From an uncultured Solirubrobacteraceae bacterium (GTDB taxonomy: Bacteria > Actinomycetota > Thermoleophilia > Solirubrobacterales > Solirubrobacteraceae), in the NCBI GenBank assembly GCA_963846205.1, contig CAWJVB010000011.1, positions 43,217 to 107,216 on the forward strand: a DNA stretch of 64,000 bases, read 5' to 3'. The position numbers were made by a program, and so were the translations under genes. Every line of letters starts with the position of its first letter. Positions within the stretch are counted from its first letter, which is position 1. Shown in pieces: positions 19,368 through 32,852 of the stretch. A model generated the notes under the pieces. That model was not told where the DNA came from. It did no database searches and saw nothing but the letters and a program-made list of their open reading frames with translations.

Positions 19368-20245
19368 ATGGCGCGCATCTCGATAACGCACTTCAGCGAT
19401 CCCGGCTGCCCCTGGGCCTACTCCGCCAGCCCCGCGCTGGCGGTGCTGCGCTGGCGCTACGGCGAGCAGCTCGACTGGCGCCTGGTCACGATCGGCCTGT
19501 CCGAGGACCCGCAGCGCTACGTCGAGCGCGGCTACACGCCGACGCGCATGGCCGTCGGCAACCTCGGCTTCCGCCGCTACGGCATGCCGTTCGCGTCCGA
19601 GCCGCGCGCCCGCATCGCGGCGACCGCGCGCGCGTGCCGCGCGATCGTCGCCACGCGCCTGCTCGCACCCGGACGCGAGCACGACGTGCTGCGCGCGCTG
19701 CAGTTCGGCTGGTTCACGAGCACGCTCGTGCTCGACGAGGACGAGGACATCGCGACGGCGCTCAGCCGCGTCGAGCGGGCTGGACGTCGAGCGATCGTCG
19801 CCGCGATCGACGACGCCGCGCACGCTCGCCGCCTACGAGCAGGACAAGAAGGAGACGCGCACCGCCGGCGGCGGCGCCCACCGACTTCCAGGGCAAGGCG
19901 CGCCAGACCGACGGCCCGGTTCGCTACTCGGCGCCCTCGCTCGTGTTCGAGCGCGACGGCCGCCGCCTGGAGGCGGGCGGCTTCCAGGGCGTCGAGGCCT
20001 ACGACGTGCTGATCGCCAACCTCGACACGAAGCTCGACCGCGAGGATCCCGCCGGAGGACCCGCTGCGAGGCGCTCGCGCGCTTTCCCGGTGGCCTGGTC
20101 AGCCAGGAGGTCGCGGCGATCATGGCCCACAACAACGAGCTGCCCGATCGCGGCGCCGCCGAGCGCGCGCTCATCGAGCTGGTCGGCGCGGGCCAGGCGA
20201 CGCGTACGCCGCTCGGCGACGACGCGCTCTGGCAGCCTCGCCTGA
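19368..20245 (+). CDS. DsbA/FrnE-like thioredoxin-fold protein, frameshifted
   Basis: ITHFSDPGCPWAYS, GMPF, RYSAPSLVF, AGGFQ. Confidence 0.8.
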
Positions 20246-20373
20246 GCGCGGCCGAGGAGCGCCCGGCCGGCTCGCCAGGCGGGCCGCTGCAGGATCGATG
20301 GCGGCGCGCCGCAGCAGCGCGACGAGGCCCACGCACAGCGCCCCGCGCCGGCCGGGTAGCCTGCGGCGCTGAG

Positions 20374-22355
20374 ATGACGCTCACGGTGACAGCTCCCGGA
20401 CGGCACCGCGCTCGAGTTGCAGGACGGCGCGACCGGCGCCGACGCCGCCGCGGCGATCGGGCCGGGCCTGGCGCGCGCAGCGCTGGCGGTCGAGGTCGGC
20501 CATCCCGAGGCCGGCGAGCGGCCCGAGCTGCGCGACCTGTCGCGCCCGCTGCCCGACGGGGCGCCGCTGGCGATCGTCACCGAGCAGGCGAGCGAGCGCG
20601 CTCGAGCTGATCCGCCACGACGCCGCCCACGTGCTGGCCGAGGCGGTGCTCGAGCTGTACGACGGCGTGAAGATCTCGATCGGGCCGCCGATCGAGGACG
20701 GCTTCTACTACGACTTCGAGTTTCCCGACGGCGTGACGATGTCCGAAGCCGACTTCCCGAGCGATCGAGGCGCGCATGCGCGAGCACGTGCAAGCGCCGC
20801 CGAGCCGTTCGACGCGCCGCGACGTCTCGCCGGGCGAGGCGCGCGAGCGCTTCGCCGCCGAGGGCCAGGACTACAAGGTCGAGCTGATCGACGACCTCGT
20901 CGCGCAGGCCGAGGCAGGGCACCCGCCCCGCTCGCTGGACAGCGTGTCGCTGTACACGAACGGGCCGTTCACCGACCTGTGCCGCGGCCCGCACGCGCCG
21001 AGCACCAAGTCGGTCGGAGCCTTCAAGCTGCAGTCGGTGGCCGGCGCCTACTGGCGCGGCGACTCCGACCGCACGATGCTCACGCGCATCTACGGGACGG
21101 CGTTCTTCACCGACGTCCGAACTGCAGCAGCACCTCGAGCGCATCGAGCAGGCCCGGGCGCGCGACCACCGCAAGCTCGGACGCGAGCTCGGCCTGTTCA
21201 TGTTCTCCGAGCTGTCGCCCGGGAGCCCCTTCTGGAAGCCCGCCGGGATGGCGATCTGGAACGCGCTCACCGACCTGTGGCGCAGCGAGAACGCCAGCCC
21301 GCGGCTACCGCGAGGTCAAGACGCCGATCCTGTACGACGTCGAGCTGTGGAAGCAGTCGGGCCACTGGGACAAGTACCGGGACAACATGTACTTCACCGA
21401 CGTCGAGGATCGCCCGATGGGCGCTGAAGCCGATGAACTGCCCGGCGCACATCCAGATCTACAAGGACGAGCGCCACTCCTACCGCGACCTGCCGATGCG
21501 CTACTGCGAGGCCGGGCCTGGTGCATCGCCACGAGCCCAGCGGGGTGCTGCACGGGCTGCTGCGCGTGCGCCACATCACCCAGGACGACGCCCACATCTT
21601 CTGCACCGAGGAGCAGGTCAGCAGGAGGTCGTGCAGTGCCTGCGCTTCGGCTTCGACCTCTACCGGCTGTTCGGCTTCGAGCCGCGCCTGGAGCTCTCGA
21701 CGCGCCCGGAGCAGCGCATCGGCAGCGACGAGATGTGGGACCGCGCCGAGGCCGCGCTGGCGCGGCGCGCTCGACGCCGAGGGCCTGGAGTACGAGCTGA
21801 ACCCCGGCGACGGCGCCTTCTACGGCCCGAAGATCGACCTGCACATGACCGACTCGCTCGGGCGCTCGTGGCAGCTGGGCACGGTGCAGCTCGACTACTC
21901 GATGCCCGAGCGCTTCGAGCTGCAGCTACACGGGCGCCGACAACGCCGAGCACCGGCCGGTGATGATCCACCGCGCGCTGCTGGGCTCCTTCGAGCGCTT
22001 CATCGGCATCCTGATCGAGCACTACGCCGGCGAGCTGCCGCTGTGGCTGGCGCCCGTGCAGGCGATCGTGCTGCCGGTCTCCGACCGTTTCAACGACTAC
22101 GCGGCGCAGGTGCGCGAGCAGCTGCGCGACGGCCGGCGTGCGCGCCGAGCTCGACGAGCGCGGCGAGTCGGTCGGGCGCAAGATCCGCGACGCCGAGCTG
22201 CGCAAGATCCCCTACATGCTCGTCGTCGGCGAGCGCGAGCAGGCGCGAGGGCACGGTGTCGGTGCGCGAGCACCGCGGCGCGGCGACGCGGGTCCGACGA
22301 CCGTCGACGAGTTCGCCGAGCGGCTTGCGGGGGCAGCTATACTCGCCCGCGTTGA
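20374..22355 (+). CDS. thrS: Threonine--tRNA ligase (several frameshifts)
   Basis: [57 protein letters not shown]. Confidence 0.97.
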
Positions 22356-22417
22356 AGCCCCGCAAATCCTCAGAGCGCCACGCCTAGCATCCGCTTGACG
22401 CGCGGTCAACACAGCTA

Positions 22418-23294
22418 GTGCCGGTCCCCCGCAGGTTCGACCGGCGCCCGCCCGAGCGGGACACGACGAGGATCAACGAGCGCATCCGCGTGCCCGAGGT
22501 GCGCCTGATCGACGACGAGGGCAAGCAGGTCGGCGTGCTGAAGACCGCGGACGCGCTCGCTTCGCCCAGGAGCGCGACCTGGACCTCGTCGAGGTCGCGC
22601 CCGAGGCGCGCCCGCCGGTGTGCCGCGTGCTCGACTACTCCAAGTACAAGTACGAGCAGGCCCAGAAGCTCAAGCAGGCGCGCAAGCACCAGCAGCAGAT
22701 CACGGTGCGCGAGATCAAGTTCCGCCCGAAGATCGCCCAGCACGACTACGACACCAAGAAGCACCACGTCGAGCGCTTCCTGCGCCACAAGGACAAGGTC
22801 AAGGTCACGATCATGTTCCGCGGGCGCGAGGTCACCCACCCCGAGCGCGGCACCGCGATCCTCGACCGGCTGGCCGAGGAGCTCGCCGAGCTGGGCGTGG
22901 TCGAGCAGCGCCCGATGCAGGAAGGGCGCAACATGACGATGATGATGGCGCCCTCGAAAGCCGTGCTGGCCGGCGGCGCGGCACCGGCGAGGCGCGCCGC
23001 GTCGAGGGCGACGCCGACGCCGCCGCCACGCGCGCGACGTCGCCGTCGACGGCGCGATCGAGAGGCTCCAGCGCGCCGGCGCGACGCGCGGCCCGCGGCC
23101 GAGGATGCCCGCCGCGCCGCGCCGCGAGGACGCGCGTCGCGCCGGAGCCCGCCGACGCGCCGGCGCGCGAGGCGAATGGCACGGCGCGCCGCCGAGGCCG
23201 CCGGCGCAGGCTGCCGGCGACGTCGCAGCGGCCTGCGGACGCCGCCAGCGCCGCCGGCCGCTGCGGCGCCGGCCGCGGCCACGCCGTGTCATAA
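22418..23294 (+). CDS. infC: Translation initiation factor IF-3 with Ala-rich C-terminal tail (end approximate)
   Basis: [43 protein letters not shown]. Confidence 0.95.
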
Positions 23295-23308
23295 TCGTCG
23301 CGCTCGCG

Positions 23309-23519
23309 ATGCCCAAGATGAAGACACATTCCGGCGCCAAGAAGCGCTTCAAGGTCACCGGCACCGGCAAGGTGCGCGGCCGGCACCCCTTCACGAGCCA
23401 CATCCTCGAGAAGAAGTCGCCGAAACAGCAAGCGCGCGCTCGGGCCGCCCGGCGATCGCATCTCCGACGCACGACGTGCCGCGCGGTCGAAGCGCATGCT
23501 GCGGGGGTGCGGCAAATGA
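23309..23519 (+). CDS. rpmI: 50S ribosomal protein L35
   Basis: [21 protein letters not shown]; ATGA overlap with rplT. Confidence 0.95.
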
Positions 23520-23876
23520 CCCGCGTCAAGCGCTCGGTGCACGCGCGCAAGAAGCGCCGCGCGACGCTCGAGCTGACGAAGGGCTTCCGCGGCGAGGCGC
23601 ACTCGAACTACAAGCGCGCCAAGGAGGCGCTGATGAAGGCGGACGCCTACGCCTACCGCGACCGGCGCAACCGCAAGCGCGACTTCCGTCGCCTGTGGAT
23701 CACCCGCATCAACGCCGCGGCGCGCATCAACGGCATGAGCTACTCGCAGTTCATGCACGGCCTCTCGCTGGCCGGCGTCGAGCTCGACCGCAAGGTGCTC
23801 GCCGACATCGCCGTGCGCGACGCCGACACGTTCCGACGTTTCGCCGAGGTCGCCCGCGAGGCGTCGGCTGCCGTGA
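23516..23876 (+). CDS. rplT: 50S ribosomal protein L20
   Basis: MTRVKRSV...[26 protein letters not shown]...[10 protein letters not shown]; the true stop is probably frameshifted at about 23876. Confidence 0.97.
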
Positions 23877-23904
23877 CCGAGCAACCGACATCGAGCAGCC
23901 TCCC

Positions 23905-23937
23905 GGGCGCCGCTCCTGACAGGACGGCGCCCTTTTT
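23905..23937 (+). terminator. Intrinsic terminator after rplT
   Basis: GGGCGCCG-c-TCCT...AGGA-CGGCGCCC followed by TTTTT. Confidence 0.85.
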
Positions 23938-23982
23938 GTGTCCCAAGCAGCGCACGACACCAGACACCAACGAGCCATCGAC

Positions 23983-24764
23983 ATGACCACGCGATCACAT
24001 CCCCCGCACAACCCCCGCCTGAAGGCGCTCGCCGCCTGCGACAGCCGGCGCGAGCGCGCGCGCAGCGGGCGCTTCCTGGCCGAGGGCGAGGACCTCGTGC
24101 TCGCCGCGGCCGCGCGGCCGGACGCCCGCTCGCTCGAGGGCTACCGCGCTGGCCGGCTGCGGGCTCGGCGGCGAGGGCTTTCACGATGTCGAGCCCGCGG
24201 CGCTTGCGCGCCGTCTCGACGCTCGGCTCGGGCACGCGCGTGATCGGCGTCTACGAGCAGCGCTGGGGCGCTGCGGCGGGCCCGCTGTGCGTGTATCTGC
24301 ACGGCGTCGGCGACCCCGGCAACGTCGGCACGGTGCTGCGCTCGGCGCAGCGCGTTCGGCGCCTCCTGCGTCGCGCTCGGTCCGGGCTGCGCGGACCCGC
24401 ACTCGCCGAAGGCGGTGCGCGCGAGCATGGGCGCGATCTTCAGCGTCGCGCTGGCGCGCGTCGAACGACGTCGGCGAGCTGCCCGGGCGAGCGCGTCGCG
24501 CTCGAGCGCCGGCGCGCCGAGCTGCTCGTCGCCGCGGGGCTGCCGCTCGACCGTCGCCGGCTCGAGCGCCGCGCTGACGCTGCTGGTCGGGCGCCGAGCG
24601 CGACGGGCTGCCGCCGGAGATCGTGGCCGCCTGCGAGCGCAGCGCGCGCATCCCGATCGCCTCGCGAGTCGCTGAACGCGGCGATGGCGGCGACCGTGGC
24701 GCTGTACGAGATGACGCGTGGGCGCGAGCCTGCCTCCGGCTCATCTAGGGTCCGGGCGTCATGA
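23983..24764 (+). CDS. TrmH/SpoU-family RNA methyltransferase, frameshifted
   Basis: [37 protein letters not shown]. Confidence 0.9.
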
Positions 24765-25899
24765 TCGAGCGGATCGAGCAGCTGCGCGCGCAGGCCGAAG
24801 CCGAGATCGCGGCGGCGGCGCGCCGCGAGGCGCTCGAGGAGCTGCGCGTGCGCTATCTCGGGCGCAAGGCCGAGCTGCCGCAGATGCTGCGCGGCGTGGC
24901 CGAGCTCCCGGCCGAGCAGCGCGGCGCCGTCGGCAAGGCCGCCAACCAGGCGCGCCAGGCGCTCGAGGCGCTGATCGAGCGGCGCGCGCGCCGAGCTCGG
25001 CGGCGAGCGAGCTCGAGCGCCAGCTCGCGGCCGACCGCGTCGACGTGACGCTGCCGGGCGCGCCGCCGCAGCCGGTCGGTCGCCTGCACCTGCTCACGCA
25101 GCACGCGGCGCGAGCTCGAAGACATCTTCCTGGGCCTCGGCTTCACCGTCATGGAGGGCCCCGAGGTGGAGACCGTTCACTACAACTTCGACGCGCTCAA
25201 CCACAGCCCCACGCACCCCGCGCGCGCGCGCACCGACACCTTCTACGTGCGCCGCCACCGCTCAGCGCCGACGGCGCCGCCGACGAGCCCGACGGCTTGC
25301 CGCCCTCGCCGCTGGCCGCCGAGGAGCTCGTCCTGCGCACGCACACCTCGCCGATGCAGGTGCGCGCGATGGAGGCGCACCCGCCGCCGCTGTACGTGGT
25401 GATCCCCGGGCGCGTGTACCGGCCCGACTCCGACGCCACGCACACGCCGCAGTTCCACCAGATCGAGGGGCTGGCGGTCGACGAGGACATCACGCTCGCC
25501 GACCTCAAGGGCACGCTGCTGGATGTTCGCGCGCGCCGTGTTCGGCGACCAGCGCGACGTGCGCCTGCGCCCGCACTTCTTCCCGTTCACCGAGCCGAGC
25601 GTCGAGGTCGACGTGTCCTGCTTTCAACTGCGACGGCAAGGGCTTCCTGCGCGACGGCTCGCGCTGCCACCTGTGCAAGGGCGAGGGCTGGCTGGAGGTG
25701 CTCGGCGCCGGCGAGGTCGATCCCAACGTCTACTCCTACGTGCCCACCAGCGAGCGCCAACGCGCCCGGCTACGACCCCGAGCAGGTCCAGGGCTTCGCC
25801 TGGGGGATGGGCGTCGAGCGGATCGCGATGCTCAAGCACGGCATCCCCGACCTGCGTCTCTACTACGAAAACGACCTGCGCTTCCTGGAGCAGTTCTGA
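24761..25899 (+). CDS. pheS: Phenylalanine--tRNA ligase alpha subunit, frameshifted
   Basis: [48 protein letters not shown]. Confidence 0.97.
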
Positions 25900-28382
25900 T
25901 GAGGGTGCCCGCTGCACTGGCTGCGCGAGTACTGCGACCCGCCGCTCGACGTGCGCGGCGATCGAGGAGCGGCTGACGATGACCGGCACGAAGGTCGAGG
26001 CGATTCACCACCACGGCGTCGGCGCGACCGAGCAGCTTCGTCGTCGGGCGCGTGCTCGGCGTGCGAGCCGCACCCCGACGCCGACCGGCTGAGCGTGTGC
26101 AAGGTCGACGCTCGGCGAGCGCGATCGCGACGGGCCGGCGACGATCGTGTGCGGCGCGCCGAACGTCGCCGCCGGGCAGACGGTCGCGGTGCGCGCGCCC
26201 GGGCGCGGTGATGCCGGACGGCAGCAAGCTGAGGCGGCGAAGCTGCGCGGGATCGTCTCCGAAGGGATGATCCTGGCCGAGAACGAGCTCGAGATCGGCC
26301 CGGCGGCGACGGGCATCCTGGTGCTCGACGAGCTGGAGCTCGACGCGGAGCTCGCGCCGGGCACGCCGCTGGCGGACGTGCTGCCGATCGCGACCGAGGT
26401 GCTCGAGCTGGAGATCACGCCCAACCGGCCCGACTGCCTCGGCGTGTACGGGGTGGCGCGCGAGCTGCACGCCGCCACGGCGGCGCCGCGCCGCTGTCGC
26501 CGCCGCCGTGGCGCGAGGATCCCGGCTCGCCGGGGCCGCTGGCCGGCGCCGAGGTCGAGGTCGAGTGCCCCGAGCTGTGCCCGCGCTTCACCGCGCGCGT
26601 GTTCGAGAACGTCACCGATCGGCCCGTCGCCGCCGTGGCTGAAGGCGCGGCTGATGGCCGCCGGGCAGCGCCCGATCAACAACGTCGTCGACATCACCAA
26701 CTACGTGATGCTGCTGACCGGCCAGCCGCTGCACGCCTTCGACCTCGACCGCGTGGCCGGCGCAGCGGCTGACCGTGCGCCGCGCGCGCGAGGGCGAGCA
26801 GGTGCAGACGCTCGACGGCCAGACGCGCACGCTCGACGAGCAGATGGTCGTGATCGAGGACGCCGAGGGCCCGACGTCGATCGCCGGGCTGATGGGCGGC
26901 GCGCGCTCGGAGGTGCGAGCCGAGCACCACGCGCGTGCTGCTCGAGGTGGCGACCTGGAGCGGCCCGAACATCCACCGCGCCTCGTGGCGCGCTCGGCCT
27001 GCGCAGCGAGGCCTCCTCGCGCTTCGAGAAGGGCCTGCAGCCCGAGCAGTGCATGCACGCGCAGGCGCTCGCCACGCGCCTGCTGATCGAGTGCGCCGGC
27101 GCGCGCGTCGCGCCGGGAACGATCGACGTCGGCGACGCCGCCGCCGCGCGCCGCGGCGCTGCGACTGCGCGAGGCGCGCGTACGGGCGATCCTCGGCGTC
27201 GCCGTCGCGCGTCGAGCGCCAGGCGCGAGATCCTGCGCTGCGCTCGACTTCGCCGTCGAGCCGGCCGCCGACGGGCTCGACGTGACCGTGCCGGCGCTGC
27301 GCCGCGACGACGTCACGCGCGAGATCGACCTGATCGAGGAGGTCGCGCGCATCGACGGCGTCGACCGCCTGCCGGCGACGCTGCCCGCGCGGCGCGGCGC
27401 GGCCGGGCTGCTCACCCACGCCCAGCGCGTCCGCCGGCGCGGCCGAGGACGCGATGGTCGGCTCGCGGCCTGCACGAGATCGTCGGCTGGAGCTTCGCCG
27501 AGCCGCGCGCTGCTCGACCGGCTGCTGCTGCCGCGAGGACAGCGAGCTGCGCCAGCGTCGTGCGCCTGGAGAACCCGCTGTCCGACGCGCAGTCGATCAT
27601 GCGCCCGACGCTGCTCGGCTCGCTGCTCGACGCGGCGCAGCCACAACGTCGCGCGCAACGGCGCCGGACGTGGCGATGTTCGAGTCGGGCACCGTCTATC
27701 GCGCCGGCGGCGCGACGCTGCGCGCGCGCCGACGAACACCACGCACTCGGCGTGCTGCTGAGCGGGTCGCTCGGCGCCGCGCTCCTGGCGCGGCGAGCCG
27801 CGCGCGGCCGACTTCTTCGCGGCCAAGGCGCTGCTGGAGGCGCTGCTCGAGGAGCTTGCGCGTGCAGTGGTCGGTGGCGCAGGCGCAGCTGGCCGTTCCT
27901 GCACCCCGGGCGCAGCGCCGCGGTGCTCGCTCGCGACGCGGACTCCGAGCCGACCGCTCGGCTTCCTCGGCGAGCTGCACCCGCTCGTCGCCGGCGCGCT
28001 GGGACCTCGCCACGGGCAGCGCGCCGGCGCTTCGCGATCGATCTCGGCAAGCTCGCCGCCGCGCGCCCGAGGCGATCGCCTTCCAGCCGTTCGCAGCGGT
28101 GCCGCCGCTGCGCCAGGACCTCGCCGTGACGCTGCCCGAGGACGGTCTCCGCCGGCGCAGGTCCTGTCACGCGGTGCGCGAGGCCGGCGGCGAGATGCTC
28201 GACGAGCGTCGAGCGTGTTCGACGTCTACACGGGCAGCAGGTCGGCGAGGGCCGGCGCTCGCTGGCGCTCGCGCTGTCCTTCCGCGCGCTCGAGCGCACG
28301 CTCACCGACGAGGACGTCGCGCCGGCGCGCGAGCGGATCGTCGCGGCGCTCGCCGGAGCTCGGCGGTGAGCTGCGTGGCTGA
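25899..28382 (+). CDS. pheT: Phenylalanine--tRNA ligase beta subunit, frameshifted
   Basis: [56 protein letters not shown]. Confidence 0.97.
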
Positions 28383-29458
28383 CGGGGCCCACTCGCGCGG
28401 CGCTGCACCGGGCGCGCCCAGCTCGCCGCCGACGGCGCGCCGCGCGTGATCGTGGCCGGCGCGACCGGCTTCGCCGGCGCGCTCGCCGGCGCACCTGCTG
28501 TGGCGCCATCCGCGGCTTCGAGCTCGTCGCGGTGACCGGGCGCTCGGAGGTCGGGCGGCGCCTGGACGAGCTGTATCCGCGCTACCGCGTGCCGCTGGAG
28601 ATCGAGCAGCTCGACCTCGAGCGCGCTCGGCGCGGCTCGACGCCGCGGTCGTCGCCTACCCGCACGCCGCCGCGGCGCCGACCGTCGGCGCGCTGCGCGA
28701 GCGCGGCGTGCGCGTGGTCGACCTGAGCGCCGACTTCCGCCTGTGCTCGCTGCAGACCTACGAGCAGCTGGTACGGCGCGCATCCGCGCCCCGAGCTGCT
28801 CGCCGAGGCGGTGTACGGGCTGACCGAGCTGCACCGCGAGCGGATCGCCGCGGCCGGCATCGTCGCCAACCCCGGCTGCTACCCGACCGCCTCGCTGCTC
28901 GGCGCTCGCGCCGCTCGCTCGCGCCGGGCTGATCGCCGACGTCGTGATCGACGCCAAGCAGGGCATCTCGGGCGCGGGGCGCGCGTTCGACGAGACGACC
29001 CACCTGTCGATGGCCGGCGAGAACATCCTCCCGTACAAGGTCGCCGACCACCGGCACACGCCCGAGATCGAGGAGCAGCTCGCGCCGCTGCGGCCGCGCC
29101 GGCGCCGAGCACGAGGTCGCCGTGCAGTTCCAGGCGCATCTCGTGCCGCTCGACCAGGGCGAGCTCGCGAGCTGCTACGTGACGCCCACGCGCGCGGTCG
29201 AGCGACGCCGAGCTGCGGCGAGCTGTTCGCGGCCGCCTACGCAGACGGAGCCGTTCGTCGAGGTCGTCTCTGAGCCCGCCCGGCACGCGCGAGGTGCGCG
29301 AGACGAACTTCTGCCGCATGTTCGCCAAGGCCGACCCGCACACCGGCAAGGTGATCGTGCTCTCGGCGATCGACAACCTGTGGAAGGGCACCTCCTCGCA
29401 GGCCGTGCAGAACCTCAACGTGATGTTCTGGCTGCCCGAGACGGAGGGACTGGCATGA
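28375..29458 (+). CDS. argC: N-acetyl-gamma-glutamyl-phosphate reductase, frameshifted
   Basis: [45 protein letters not shown]. Confidence 0.95.
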
Positions 29459-30746
29459 GCGCCTCCGCGCCCGGCGACGCGACCGTCGCCCCGCCGCAGC
29501 CGTTCTTCCACTCGCGTTGGGTGCCCGCGCCCGCGCACGTGCGCGATCTCGGGCCCGGGGCGGCCTGCCCGGCGGCTTTCGCGCCGCCGGGGTCGTCTGC
29601 GGGATCAAGCCGAGCGGCAACCCCGACCTCGGGCGTGCTCGTGTGCGACGCCGAGCGGCCGGTCAGCGCCGCGCGCTTCACCGCCAGCGGGCACGCCGGC
29701 GGCGCCGGTGCTCGTCACGCCAGGAGCGCTGCCGCCTGCACGCGCTGCGCGCCGTGCTCGCCAACTCGGGCTGCGCGAACGCCGCGACGGGCGCGCGGGG
29801 CCTCGACGACGCGGCCAAGACGCAGGGCGCCGCGGCGATCGCGCTGGGCGTGGACCCGCGCCGAGGTCGCGCTCGCCTCGACCGGCGCGATCAGCCAGCA
29901 CCTGCCCGTCGAGAAGATCCTGAAAGGCATCCTCGCGGCCCGCCCGCAGCTGAGCGACGCCGGCGACGCGGCTTTCCAGCAGGCGATCCAGACGACCGAC
30001 GCGTCCGAGAAGCGCGCGAGCCTCGAGGTGGCGCTGCCGTCGGGCACGGTGCGGCTGACCGCGCAGTGCAAGGGCGCCGGGCATGATCTCGCCGCGCTTC
30101 GCGACGATGCTGTGCTTCGTGCGAGACCGACGCCGAGCTCGCGCCGGAGACCGCCGAGCTGCTGCTCGGCGTGTGCGTCAAGCGCTCGTTCGACCGCGCC
30201 TCGGTCGACGGGCAGCTGTCGACCAACGACACGGCGATCCTGATCTGCTCGGGCGCGAGCGGCGTGCGCGTCGCGCCCGAGAGCGAGGACGAGCTGCGCT
30301 TCGGCGAGGCGCTCGACGCGCTGCTGCGCCAGCTCGCGATCATGATGGTCGCCGACGGCGAGGGGGCGCAGCGGATCGCGCGCGTGGTCGTGCGGGGCGG
30401 GGATCTGCCGAGCGCCGAGGCGGCGGCGCGCGCGGTCGCCAACTCTCCGCTCGTGAAAACGGCGCTGCACGGCGGCGACCCCAACTGGGGGCGCATCGTG
30501 CAGGCGGTCGGCGCCGCGCTGCCCGGCGACGGCGCCGCTGGCGGTGGACGTCTGCGATCGAGGGCATCCGGGTGTGCGCGGCCGGCGCGGCGATCCCCTA
30601 CGACGAGCAGGCGCTCGCCGCAGGCGGTGCAGGGCAAGGAGATCGAATACGAGATCGGGCTGCCGGGCGAGGGCGCCGAGACCGAGGTGTTCTTCTCCGA
30701 CCTCGCGCACGAGTACGTCCGCATCAACGCCGAGTACACGACATGA
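29455..30746 (+). CDS. argJ: Glutamate N-acetyltransferase (ornithine acetyltransferase), frameshifted
   Basis: NSGCANAATG, ASTG, TTD, KGAGMI..FATML, VDGQLSTND, DGEGA, DPNWGRI, YVRINAEYTT. Confidence 0.95.
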
Positions 30747-30812
30747 CACGACGCGAAGCCGGCATGCGAGCGCCGGTGACGCGTGCAGGGTCGCGTCCTT
30801 GAGCTGACCTAG

Positions 30813-31686
<874 letters not shown>

Positions 31687-31690
<4 letters not shown>

Positions 31691-32848
31691 GCCTCGCTGA
31701 GTTGCAGGAGCTCGAGCGCTCGAGCGTGATCGGCTCCTACGCGCGCCTGCCGGTCGAGTTCGTGCGCGGCGAGGGCACGCGGCTGTGGGACGCCGAGGGC
31801 AACGAGTACCTCGACTTCCTGTGCGGCATCTCGGTGACGAACATCGGCCACTGCCATCCGCGCGTGGTGGCGGCGGTGCGCGACCAGGTCGGACGCCTGA
31901 TGCACGTCAGCAACCTGTTCTACACCGAGCCCGCGATGCGCCTGGCCGAGCGCCTGTCGCGGTCGAGCCTGGGCGGCAAGGTGTTCTTCTGCAACTCCGG
32001 CGCGGAGGCCAACGAGGCGGCGATCAAGCTCGCGCGCAAGGCGCGGCCGGGGGGCGACGTGGTGGTCGTGCTCGGCGCCTTCCACGGGCGCACCTACGGC
32101 GCGCTGTCGGCCACGCCGCAGGAGTCCAAGCAGGCGCCGTTCGCGCCGCTCGTGCCCGGCTTTCGCGCGGTCGAGCCGACGCCCGAGGCGATCCTCGCGG
32201 CGGTCGACGCGCGCACCGCGGCGGTGCTGCTCGAGCCGATCCAGGGCGAGAGCGGGGTGAACGTCCTCTCCGAGGAGTGCCTGCAGGCCGCGCGCGCGGC
32301 CTGCGACGAGCACGGCGCGGCGCTGATCTTCGACGAGATCCAGTGCGGCATGGGGCGCACCGGCACGCTGTGGGCCTATCGAGCAGACCGGCGTGCGCCC
32401 CGACGCGATCACGACCGCCAAGGCGCTCGGCGGCGGGCTGCCGATCGGCGCGCTCGTGACCGGCGAGCGGCTGGCCGACGTGCTCGCGCCGGGCGACCAC
32501 GGCTCGACGTTCGCCGGCGGGCCGGTGGTCGCCGCCGCGGCGCTGGCCGCGCTGGAGCTGAGCGACGACCCGCGCGCTGCTCGCCGACGTGCGCGAGCGC
32601 GGCGCGCGCAGCTGGCCGAGGGCTGGAGCACCTTGCCGCACGTGCTCGCGGTGCGCGGGCGCGGGCTGATGCTCGCGTGCGAGCTCGACGTCGCCGCGCC
32701 CGAGGTGGCGCGCCGCGCGCTGCTCGAGCAGCGCCTGGTCATCAACGCGACCGGGCCGACCACCGTGCGGCTGCTGCCGCCGCTGACGGTCTCCGAGGCG
32801 GAGGTCGAGGAGGCGCTGCGCCGGCTCGGCGCCGCGCTTGGGGGCTGA
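31687..32848 (+). CDS. argD: Acetylornithine aminotransferase, frameshifted
   Basis: YLDFLCGI, NSGAEANEAAIK, FHGRT, EPIQGE, FDEIQCGMGRTG, AKALGGG. Confidence 0.95.
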
Positions 32849-32852
32849 GGCG

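Noticed and set aside
20246-20373. T-box or other leader upstream of thrS
   Set aside because: No T-box consensus is visible, and a TAGCCT hexamer lies close to the start codon.
23105-23986. Apparent L35-L20 fusion ORF
   Set aside because: Produced by indels; the ATGA overlap at 23516-23519 and the terminator at 23905 support two normal genes.
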